A stretch of 64,000 nt of DNA from Clostridia bacterium (GTDB lineage Bacteria > Bacillota > Clostridia > Christensenellales > CAG-138): positions 18,765-82,764 of the forward strand of contig JAFRUN010000044.1 in assembly GCA_017438865.1 (NCBI GenBank), given 5' to 3'. A program made the position numbers and the translations under genes. This document shows, in pieces, positions 20,025-28,216 of this stretch; position 1 is the stretch's first letter; every line of letters begins with the position of its first letter. The notes below the pieces were generated by a model. That model had not been told where the DNA came from. It did no database searches and saw only the letters and a program-made list of their open reading frames with translations.

Positions 20025-21884
20025 TTATTCGCCGCCGTCGCCCGGCGGATCGGCGGGCTTGGGCGTCGCCGTCGGCTTCGGCGTTTTGGTCGGTTTCGGC
20101 GTCTTGGTCGGGACGGGCGTTACCACGGCGGTGCCGACCTTGTAGATCGGATAGATCGGCTTATAGATCGTTTCCTCGGTGCGGACGGTCTTAACGAGTT
20201 TTCCGTCCTTGTACTTGTCGACGTATGTCTTGACGCGGTAGCCGTTGTGCGGCGTGTTCAGAAGGATGCGCTTCGCGGTCGACAGCATTGTTTTGTCATA
20301 CTCGAACTGGTATTTGCTCTCATCCTCGTATGACGTCATTTCAAGGATCTCGTTGCGCACGCGATACTCGACGCCCGGCTCCTTCTGCCCGTAGATCTCC
20401 ACGTTGATGTTCTTGCGCCGGCTGTTGTTCTTCGTGATGTATACGAACATATAGATCGTATGATCGGTATCGTTCTTGAACGTGAAATCGATATGTCCGT
20501 AGTCCACCGTGGCGTCGAAGCCCAGACCGTCCTCAAACTTTTTGGTCACATAATCGGACGGAATGCTGTGCCCTGTGCGCTTGATGTTGGTGAGACCGGC
20601 GCGCAGGACTGCGTTGAAGATCGTCGTGCTGACCTGGCACACGCCGCCGCCGGGTTCCGGACGGTAACCCTTCTGATAGACCGCGTTTGCAAGCGCCCAG
20701 CCCTTCTTTTCGGTGCGGTTGCCGGTGGTCTTGTTGAAATCGAACGTCTTGCCGGGCTTCAATTCCACGACCTGCATCATGCCGACCGCTTTCGAGATAT
20801 TCGTGTCGCGCGCTCTCGACATGGCGTCGGATTCCGGATTCTTGGAGGAATCCTTGAAGGAATAGTTGGTCTGATAGCTTCCGAGCTTTGTCAGCTGATC
20901 CCTGAGCGCCTGCGTTGTGATCTCCGGTTCGGACACCGCGACCGACGGCGTCAGCGACGCGGTCAGGTCGCCGGATGCAATCGCTTCGTCGACCTGCCGC
21001 TCCAGCGCGTCAAAGTCGATCTTCGCGCCGTTCACGCCCTCCGTGAAGCTCCAGTACGGCTGATAATAGACGACGTCGTCGATCTTGTGCGTCTTGTACT
21101 TGACCGTTGCGCTCGCGTTGACCGCATGGTTCGGGATCTTCTCGTTCAGGGTATACAGCGCGTTTCTTAATAGCTCGCTGTCGAAGGTCAGCGGGATCGG
21201 GATCTCCGTTTCCGTGCCGCGCGCCGCGCTTTCCAGCGCCGCCTCGAGCACGGCCTCGTCGTAACCGAGACCGATCGTTTCGGCGTTCAGGGCGAGCGGT
21301 TCATAGCTTTCGTAGGAAACCGTGATGTCGAGCGAATTCTGTTTTTCCGAAAGCGCGGCCTTCACGCGTTCCCGCGCGTCGCGCACCGAAAGATTGCGCA
21401 CGTTTACGCCCGCGATCGTCGCGCTGTGCGAGATCACGGTATTGTCGGTGACCGGGATCTGGGTGGGTTCGGGCGACGAAACGGCGTTCGGATCGTCGGG
21501 CAGATTCGGATCGGGCTTCGCTTTTCCGCAGTTTCCGGAAAGGACGATCGCCGTGATCAGCACGCCGACGGCAAAGACCAGAAAACAAACGGCGATCAGC
21601 AGCAGACGGGCGTTCTTTTTCTTTCTGCGCCTGCGCTTTCTCGGCGGCTGTGAGCCGCTTGTACCGCGCTTCTGCGTCGAAGCCGTACTGCGCTTCGGCG
21701 CCGACGCCGTACTGCGCGCGGAAGAAGCCGACGCGCTGCGGGCTGCCGCCTTGCGCTCGGCGGAAAAGCGCAGCGTACCGTTCGCCGCGGATAGGGGATC
21801 CTCGGCTCTGCGGGACGTCGGAACGGGCGCTGAAGCGGTATTCGGTTGCGGACGGGCGGAGCCCGTGTTTGCGATCGTTGTCAT
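20025..21884 (-). CDS. VanW-family membrane-anchored cell-wall protein
   Basis: GGGVCQVSTTIFNA, DATVDYGHIDFTFKN; single TM after a basic stretch. Confidence 0.88.
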   Translation of the reverse strand: MTTIANTGSARPQPNTASAPVPTSRRAEDPLSAANGTLRFSAERKAAARSASASSARSTASAPKRSTASTQKRGTSGSQPPRKRRRRKKKNARLLLIAVCFLVFAVGVLITAIVLSGNCGKAKPDPNLPDDPNAVSSPEPTQIPVTDNTVISHSATIAGVNVRNLSVRDARERVKAALSEKQNSLDITVSYESYEPLALNAETIGLGYDEAVLEAALESAARGTETEIPIPLTFDSELLRNALYTLNEKIPNHAVNASATVKYKTHKIDDVVYYQPYWSFTEGVNGAKIDFDALERQVDEAIASGDLTASLTPSVAVSEPEITTQALRDQLTKLGSYQTNYSFKDSSKNPESDAMSRARDTNISKAVGMMQVVELKPGKTFDFNKTTGNRTEKKGWALANAVYQKGYRPEPGGGVCQVSTTIFNAVLRAGLTNIKRTGHSIPSDYVTKKFEDGLGFDATVDYGHIDFTFKNDTDHTIYMFVYITKNNSRRKNINVEIYGQKEPGVEYRVRNEILEMTSYEDESKYQFEYDKTMLSTAKRILLNTPHNGYRVKTYVDKYKDGKLVKTVRTEETIYKPIYPIYKVGTAVVTPVPTKTPKPTKTPKPTATPKPADPPGDGGE

Positions 21885-21948
21885 GATACCGTATTATAAC
21901 AAGGTACAAACTGTTTCTCAATAGATTTTCGCTTTGTTTTTGTAAATT

Positions 21949-21977
21949 TTGCATTTTATACGAATCTGTGTTACAAT
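21949..21977 (+). promoter_or_regulatory. sigmaA promoter of trmL
   Basis: TTGCAT-17 nt-TACAAT with TG extension. Confidence 0.6.
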
Positions 21978-22004
21978 GCGGGCATTGAGACCGGAGGTGA
22001 GAGA

Positions 22005-22466
22005 ATGCTTCATATTGTGTTGGTGGAACCGGAAATCCCGAGCAATACGGGCAATATTTCGCGCACCTGCGCGGTCACGGGCGCGGCGCTTCACCTTGTG
22101 CGGCCGCTCGGTTTTTCGACCGACGACAAGAGCTTGAAGCGTGCGGGACTCGACTACTGGCATTCGCTGACGCTGTTCTATCACGATGCGATCGAGGAGG
22201 TCTGGGCCGAGTATCCCGACGCGCGGTTTTTCTACTGCAGCACGCACGCAGAGAACCGTTATGACGAGGTGCAATTCCGCGACGGCGACTTTCTCGTCTT
22301 CGGCAAGGAGACGGCGGGGCTTCCGAAGCCGCTTCTTCAGGCGCACGCGTCTGAGGCGATCCGCATCCCGATGGGCGACGGACAGCGCTCGCTGAATCTT
22401 TCTAACGCAGTCGCGATCGTCGTCTACGAAGCGCTTCGCCAGAACGATTTCTTCGGCATGCGGTAA
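22005..22466 (+). CDS. trmL: tRNA (cytidine/uridine-34-2'-O)-methyltransferase
   Basis: PEIPSNTGNI, KRAGLDYW, FGKETAGL, RSLNLSNAV. Confidence 0.95.
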   Translation: MLHIVLVEPEIPSNTGNISRTCAVTGAALHLVRPLGFSTDDKSLKRAGLDYWHSLTLFYHDAIEEVWAEYPDARFFYCSTHAENRYDEVQFRDGDFLVFGKETAGLPKPLLQAHASEAIRIPMGDGQRSLNLSNAVAIVVYEALRQNDFFGMR

Positions 22467-22611
22467 AATCCTGTCCGGAAAATGCCTCACGGACTTGAAA
22501 AATCGTAAGATTCGCAGAAAAAAAGTCCGATTTTGAAAAAATAATGCTTGCATTGTTGAAAACCTTGTGGTAGTATTGCAATGTTCGAGTTTTAGCAAGG
22601 AGGTGGACTGA

Positions 22612-22803
22612 ATGGGTAAGTTCTGTGAAGTCTGCAAGAAAGGAACCATGTCCGGCAATCTGGTCAGCCATTCCAATCGCAAGACCAAGCGCAGCTGGGC
22701 GCCGAATATTCAGACCGTGCATGTCGTCGTTGACGGACGCGTTCAGAAGATGAGCGTCTGCACGCGCTGCCTGCGTTCCGGCAAGGTCGCAAGAAGCAAC
22801 TGA
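22612..22803 (+). CDS. rpmB: 50S ribosomal protein L28 (Zn-binding form)
   Basis: CEVC...GNLVSHSNRKTKRSWAPN...CTRCLRS. Confidence 0.97.
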   Translation: MGKFCEVCKKGTMSGNLVSHSNRKTKRSWAPNIQTVHVVVDGRVQKMSVCTRCLRSGKVARSN

Positions 22804-22822
22804 GCAATCCTTGAGTAAAAGC

Positions 22823-22850
22823 AAAAGCCACCAGATTCCGGTGGCTTTTT
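22823..22850 (+). terminator. Terminator after rpmB
   Basis: AAAAGCCACC-agattcc-GGTGGCTTTT. Confidence 0.75.
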
Positions 22851-22864
22851 GTCGCAGAAAAGAT

Positions 22865-23608
22865 ATGATCGTCACAAGCAGAAGCAACGAGCGCATCAAA
22901 GCGGCGCGGGCATTACAGGACGCGAAAGCGCGGAAAGAGACCGGTCTGCATCTCATTGAGGGGGACAAGCTGGTGTTTGACGCGGCGGCGTCCGGCGCAC
23001 GCATTCGGACCGTATTTGCAAAGGAAGGCGCTGACACGCCCGACGGGATCGAAACGGTGTTCGTCAGCGACGACGTGATGGACGCGCTGTGCGCCGCAAA
23101 GACGCCGCAGAATCTATGCGCGGTCGTCGAAACGCCGGACTGCGCCTGCCCGGAAACGTATCCCGACGGACTGATCGTCGCGCTTGATCGGCTGCAGGAT
23201 CCCGGGAACCTCGGCACGATCCTGCGTACCGCCGACGCGCTGGGCGCGGGCGGCGTCCTTCTGAGCCCGGATTCCGCCGATCCGTTTTCACCGAAAGCGC
23301 TGCGGGCGGCGATGGGCTCGACCTATCATCTGCCGGTGTTTGTCGGCGAATTGGGAACGGAACTGCCGCGGCTCAAGGCGCAGGGATTCGTCTGCGTCTG
23401 CGGACATCTCTCCGGAAGCGAAACGCTGCCGGCGATCGGCAGACGCACGGCGCTGATCGTCGGAAACGAGGGGCGGGGCGTGTCGGAGGAAACGGCGGCG
23501 CAATGCACGCTCTACCGCATGCCGATGCGCGGACGCGCCGAATCGCTGAACGCCGCGGTGTTTGCAGCGCTGATGATGCAAACGATCCTGAATCGTATGC
23601 CGGAATAA
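22865..23608 (+). CDS. TrmH/SpoU-family RNA methyltransferase
   Basis: LQDPGNLGTILRTA, GNEGRG, AESLNAAV. Confidence 0.92.
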   Translation: MIVTSRSNERIKAARALQDAKARKETGLHLIEGDKLVFDAAASGARIRTVFAKEGADTPDGIETVFVSDDVMDALCAAKTPQNLCAVVETPDCACPETYPDGLIVALDRLQDPGNLGTILRTADALGAGGVLLSPDSADPFSPKALRAAMGSTYHLPVFVGELGTELPRLKAQGFVCVCGHLSGSETLPAIGRRTALIVGNEGRGVSEETAAQCTLYRMPMRGRAESLNAAVFAALMMQTILNRMPE

Positions 23609-23619
23609 AGGAGTTTTTT

Positions 23620-24720
23620 ATGGAACAGGCAAATCAGATCCATACCATCGTGATCACGGGCGGTCCCTGCGCGGGCAAAACGACCGCGATGAGCTGGCTG
23701 CAGAACGCGCTGACCGACGCGGGCTACGCCGTCATGTTCATTCCGGAGACCTGCACCGATCTCAACAACAGCGGCGTCACCGCGCGTGCATCGAAGACGA
23801 ACTTCGATTTTCAGCGCGTGCAGGTGAAATACCAGCTTCTGCGCGAGCAGGTTTACCGTCAGGCGGCGGAGGCGAGCGCCTCGAAGGAGGTCGTGATCGT
23901 CTGCGACCGCGGCTCGATGGACGACAAGCCCTATATGACGGCGGAAGAGTTCGCCGCGATCCTGAAGGAGCTCGGTCAGAACGAGGTCGCGTTCCGCGAC
24001 AAGTATGACGCCGTGTTTCATATGGTGACCGCAGCGAAGGGCGCGGAGGCGTTCTATACGACCGACAACAACACCGCGCGTGTCGAAACGCTCGAGGAAG
24101 CGATCGAGCTCGACGCAAAAACGCTCGCCGCGTGGGCGGGGCATCCGCATCTCCGCATCATCGACAACTCGACCGACTTCAACGGCAAGCTCGTCCGGCT
24201 TCTCCGCGAGGTCATGACGGCGCTCGGCAAGCCCGCGCCGTTCGAGCATGCAAGGCGGTTCCTCATCGACATGCCGGATCGCGCATGGCTCGAAAACCAT
24301 CCCGCGTGCCGCCGCGTCGAGATCATCCAGACGTATCTTACCGACGTGCAGGGCGAGAAGCGCCGCATCTGCATGCGCGGCAGCGACGGGAGCTATATCT
24401 ATTACATGACGACGCATTGCACCGGCACGGACGGCAGCCGGATCGAGACCGAAAAGCGGCTCTCGCTCGACGATTATCAGCAGCTGATGATGGAAGCCGA
24501 TCCGATGTGCATGCCGATCCGCAAGACGCGCTACTGTCTGATGGACGACGCGCACGCGTTCGAGGTCGATTTCTATCCGGCATGGCAGGACAAGGCGATG
24601 CTGCAGGTCGAACTGAACGATCCGGAGGCGGACGTGCATATCCCGGAAAACTTCCGCGTGAAGCGCGAAGTCACCGACGATCCGGACTACCAGAACTACG
24701 CGATGGCACGGATCCGGTAA
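23620..24720 (+). CDS. P-loop kinase-like (AAA_28/NadR-like) plus CYTH-domain fusion protein
   Basis: ITGGPCAGKTT, CDRG; C-terminal EHARRFLI, IIQTYL, IRKTRY, FEVDFY, EVTDDPDYQN. Confidence 0.8.
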   Translation: MEQANQIHTIVITGGPCAGKTTAMSWLQNALTDAGYAVMFIPETCTDLNNSGVTARASKTNFDFQRVQVKYQLLREQVYRQAAEASASKEVVIVCDRGSMDDKPYMTAEEFAAILKELGQNEVAFRDKYDAVFHMVTAAKGAEAFYTTDNNTARVETLEEAIELDAKTLAAWAGHPHLRIIDNSTDFNGKLVRLLREVMTALGKPAPFEHARRFLIDMPDRAWLENHPACRRVEIIQTYLTDVQGEKRRICMRGSDGSYIYYMTTHCTGTDGSRIETEKRLSLDDYQQLMMEADPMCMPIRKTRYCLMDDAHAFEVDFYPAWQDKAMLQVELNDPEADVHIPENFRVKREVTDDPDYQNYAMARIR

Positions 24721-24729
24721 GGAACCGAT

Positions 24730-24759
24730 CAAAAAAGATCGCCTGCGGGCGATCTTTTT
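24730..24759. terminator. Bidirectional terminator
   Basis: AAAAAGATCGCC-tgc-GGGCGATCTTTTT. Confidence 0.85.
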
Positions 24760-24770
24760 GTATGCTGTTT

Positions 24771-25667
24771 TCAGTCCGGATTCACATACCCTTTCGAAAG
24801 ATGCTTCGCAAAGTCCCATACGCTCTGCACGGCGGGCGACATCGCGTGCAGTTTATAGCGCAGCACGCACACGTCGCGCGTCATCGGCACGTCGGAAAAC
24901 GGGATCAGCTTGAGGTTGAAGGTGTCGAGGATCGGCAGTTTCGGCATGATCGCGACGCCCGCGCCGGTCGTGACGGACGCGGCGATCGAGCTGTATTCGT
25001 CCGCCTCGAACACGATGTTCGGGAAGAACGACGCTTTTTTGAACTTGTCGGCAAGCTCGCGGTAAATGACCGCCTCGTGCGTGATCGAGATGAACTGCTC
25101 CTCTGACACGTCGGAAAGCGTGACGGACGCGCGGTTCGCAAGCCGGTGCGACGCGGGAACGGCGAGGAACAGCTCCTGACTTGCCACGGGCAGGTATTCG
25201 ACCGAATCGATCTCCGGCTTGCCTGCGATCAGAAGGTCCAGAGAACCGTTCAGAAGCTGCTCGATGAGCCCGCCCGCCATGCCCTGATGGAAGCGGAACG
25301 CCGTCTGCCGGCTGCCGAGATGCGCATAGAAGCGGTCGACGAACGACGGCAGCACCGAAAAGCTGACGCTGTAGATATAGCCGAGGTTGATGATGCCCGC
25401 GCCCGGCGCTTTGAGCTCCTTCAATCGCTCCTGTCCTTTGCTGAGCTCGGAAAGCGCGCGTTTTGCGTACGGCAGGAACTCCGCACCGTATTTTGTCAGC
25501 GCGATCTGTTTGCCCTGCTTTTCAAACAGCGGCATATTGAGCTCTTTTTCGAGCTTGGAAAGCGCATAGGATAAGCTCGGCTGCGAGATATACAGGAGCG
25601 CCGCCGCGCGCGTGTAGTGCAGGACCTCTGCGGTCACGCAGAAATACCGAAGCTGCTGCAGCGTCAT
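24771..25667 (-). CDS. LysR-family transcriptional regulator
   Basis: MTLQQLRYF...HYTRAAALLYISQPSLSYALSKLEKEL; 298 aa; overlaps citXG stop. Confidence 0.95.
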   Translation of the reverse strand: MTLQQLRYFCVTAEVLHYTRAAALLYISQPSLSYALSKLEKELNMPLFEKQGKQIALTKYGAEFLPYAKRALSELSKGQERLKELKAPGAGIINLGYIYSVSFSVLPSFVDRFYAHLGSRQTAFRFHQGMAGGLIEQLLNGSLDLLIAGKPEIDSVEYLPVASQELFLAVPASHRLANRASVTLSDVSEEQFISITHEAVIYRELADKFKKASFFPNIVFEADEYSSIAASVTTGAGVAIMPKLPILDTFNLKLIPFSDVPMTRDVCVLRYKLHAMSPAVQSVWDFAKHLSKGYVNPD

Positions 25668-26968
25668 ACCCGCACCTCCCGAAGATCCCGTGAGAGCGTG
25701 CGCCACGCGTCCAGAAGATACCCGAGCGCCAGCATGTCCGCCGCGCCGCCGGGCGAGAGATTTCGTTCGATCAGTTCCGCATCGAGACGAACGAGCGCTT
25801 CCGCGCGTTCGCTTTCCGGCAGCGCCGCAATTTCTTTCGCGCGCCGCTGCACAAACGCAAGCCCCTTCCCGCCGCCGCGGTGCAGCAGATTCGTATCGTT
25901 CAATACGACCATCACATCGCACAGCGCCAGCGCGCCGGGATTTTCCGCTTCCCGATGCGCCGCAAGTCTGTCCGCACAGTAGCAGGCGTGGAAGAACCCG
26001 TCCGCCGCTTCGCCGACCGCGCCGCGCGCGCCGTAGTCGGAAAAGACCTTCGCGCCGTTCGTATCGCGCTCAGCAAGCGCATGATCGAGGCGCTCTTCGG
26101 CGTCCGTCCGTGCCAGCCCGGACGCGTATGCAACGGCGTCGCCGCCTTCCGAAAGCGCCTTTCCCATGCCGTACAGCAAAAGCCCCGTCGAATAGATCAT
26201 GCCCTTGTGCGTGTTCACGCCGTTCGTCGCCGCGAACATCGTGCGTTCGGCGCCGAGCCCCGCCTGCTTCAGCGGCGCCATGCCCGCGTCCGCAAGGCCG
26301 AGCAGGACCGCGGTTTTGAAATAGGGAACGAGCGCCGCTGCGCTCTTCAGAAACAGCGGCACGTCCATGTCCGTATGCGCGCCGTTGTTGTTCCCGTCGA
26401 CAAGCCCCGGCTTCGGCGTCGTCAAAAGCTCGCGTTCGAGCGCGAAGTGCGCGGTATACGCGAGCGTGTCCGCGCAGAAGTCGGAAAGAAGCGCATCGGT
26501 CGCCGCCTTCACGGCGTCCAGCCCGTGCGCGCGGCTGCGCGCGCAGACCGCCGCCGGTCCGTCGCAGACGAGGCATTTGCGCGGGACGTTCCGGGACAGC
26601 TTTTCGCCCTGCGCGTTCAGCACGTCGAAGTCATAAAGCCGCGCCGCGGGGAACGCGTTTTCCAGCCGTTCGGTCGCGGCCTTGACGTCCGCGGCGTCCG
26701 CGCGCAGCAGGATCAGCGCTTCCGTGCCGGTTTTTTCGTCGATGACACGGCGTTCGACCTCGGGAAATCCGAGCAGGTCAAAGGCGCGCAGTCCGCGGTC
26801 GAACAGCAGACGCGTCTTCGCCGTGCGCTTGACGTCGCCCGCAATGTTCAGGGAAAACGAAACAAGGCAGTATGAAGCGTCCGCCGATGCGAGCATGGCG
26901 GATTGCGCGTTTGCGCGCCGCTCGCGCGCGTCAAGCATCTCGGTTAAGGTGACGGAGGATGGCAGCAT
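25664..26968 (-). CDS. citXG: Fused citrate lyase holo-ACP synthase / triphosphoribosyl-dephospho-CoA synthase
   Basis: CitX: EMLDARERRA, RLYDFDV, RKCLVC...CARSRAH; CitG: TPKPGLVD, GVNTHKG, NLSPGGAAD. Confidence 0.9.
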   Translation of the reverse strand: MLPSSVTLTEMLDARERRANAQSAMLASADASYCLVSFSLNIAGDVKRTAKTRLLFDRGLRAFDLLGFPEVERRVIDEKTGTEALILLRADAADVKAATERLENAFPAARLYDFDVLNAQGEKLSRNVPRKCLVCDGPAAVCARSRAHGLDAVKAATDALLSDFCADTLAYTAHFALERELLTTPKPGLVDGNNNGAHTDMDVPLFLKSAAALVPYFKTAVLLGLADAGMAPLKQAGLGAERTMFAATNGVNTHKGMIYSTGLLLYGMGKALSEGGDAVAYASGLARTDAEERLDHALAERDTNGAKVFSDYGARGAVGEAADGFFHACYCADRLAAHREAENPGALALCDVMVVLNDTNLLHRGGGKGLAFVQRRAKEIAALPESERAEALVRLDAELIERNLSPGGAADMLALGYLLDAWRTLSRDLREVRV

Positions 26969-27911
26969 AGGTGGTTTCGGGGACCAGCTCTCTGGTCTGT
27001 TCGGGTTTGCCCTCGCGAATCAGCGCGCGAACGCGGCTTGCGCTGATGCCGTCGAGCCGCGGGATCTCGCAGAGTTCGATGCCGCATTCGGGCAGCAGCT
27101 CCTTCATACGCTCGTTATAAGCGCGCGTGGTCGGCGAAAACGGCTCCTCGCCTACAAAGCGCTTCGTGATGTGCAGCGCGGGCGCGATGCGTTTCCGGAA
27201 CAGTTCGATGTCGAGGTCCGCCTTCACACGGTCGGCGTGCGCCTCGTCGCGAATGAAATAGGCGGGGAAGGTCTCGCGCGAAACGAGATATTCGTCGGTG
27301 TGTTCGACGTGACAGTCGGGAAGGTGCGCCGTGCCGGCTTTCAGCATTTCAAACCGTTCGTCGGGCGAAAACATCGAGCCCGGCTCGGAGACGGAGAACA
27401 CATACAGCGCGTCGCAGTGCGCCGCCGCGTATTCGCACAGATGCAGATGTCCGCGGGTAAAGGGATCGCCGTTCACGACGATCGCGCCGCAGTCGCCCTC
27501 ATAACGCGGCAGCGAGGCGAGATAGTCGGAAAACCCGTTTCTGCGGTCCTCCATCAGCACAGCGTCCTTCGTCTCGATGATCGGATAAAAGCCCATCGAG
27601 GCGAACATGGCGCGGTTCTTCGGCTTCGTGCACAAAAACAGCCGCTGCTGCCCGCTGCGCGACGCCTCGTTCAGAAGCTCCGACAGCACGGTCGCGAACG
27701 CGCCGGTCCCCTCGATATCGGGGGAAACGGCAAACTGTTTCAGCGTGTGTCCCGCGCGCGCGCCGCAGGCGACAATGTTGAAATCGTCGTCCGTCATCAG
27801 CGCGACGACGTCCGCGTCCTCCTCGTCCCTTAGATCCGACGAGGATAGAAAGTCTTTATAACGTGCCGCCATTCGCTTTGTGAGCGGCGCGTAGAACAGG
27901 GAAACGTCCAT
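26931..27911 (-). CDS. citC: [Citrate (pro-3S)-lyase] ligase
   Basis: N-terminal GNAT, VVNGDPFTRGH, VSRETFPAYF, RFVGEEPF, ISASRVR. Confidence 0.9.
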   Translation of the reverse strand: MDVSLFYAPLTKRMAARYKDFLSSSDLRDEEDADVVALMTDDDFNIVACGARAGHTLKQFAVSPDIEGTGAFATVLSELLNEASRSGQQRLFLCTKPKNRAMFASMGFYPIIETKDAVLMEDRRNGFSDYLASLPRYEGDCGAIVVNGDPFTRGHLHLCEYAAAHCDALYVFSVSEPGSMFSPDERFEMLKAGTAHLPDCHVEHTDEYLVSRETFPAYFIRDEAHADRVKADLDIELFRKRIAPALHITKRFVGEEPFSPTTRAYNERMKELLPECGIELCEIPRLDGISASRVRALIREGKPEQTRELVPETTYAAILRHLNRDA

Positions 27912-28079
27912 TCTGCCTCCCGCATACGGCGTAAATCTGCCGTATTTTTCGGTATTATTGTGCGGAAAACGGCACAGATTCGCGGTTTCGGCGTCGAAAA
28001 ACCGAATGTGCGCCGCGTGCTTCCGCCGAATTCAGTATAGCAGAAACACCGGCAAAAACGCAAGAAGATTTTACAGATG

Positions 28080-28094
28080 ATAGAGAATATCTAT
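28080..28094. promoter_or_regulatory. LysR-type T-N11-A binding site
   Basis: Palindrome ATAGA-gaata-TCTAT centred about 65 nt upstream of the predicted aconitase TSS. Confidence 0.6.
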
Positions 28095-28115
28095 GAAAAA
28101 ATATAAAAAATATAT

Positions 28116-28144
28116 TTGAAAAGATGCAGAAAAGCATATATAAT
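28116..28144 (+). promoter_or_regulatory. sigmaA promoter of aconitase-icd-citD
   Basis: TTGAAA-17 nt-TATAAT. Confidence 0.7.
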
Positions 28145-28216
28145 CAAAAACGGAGGCGACGCTGGTTTTGCGCCGCAAAACGAGATTCCAAATACAGTAC
28201 AGGAGGAAGAAAATCG

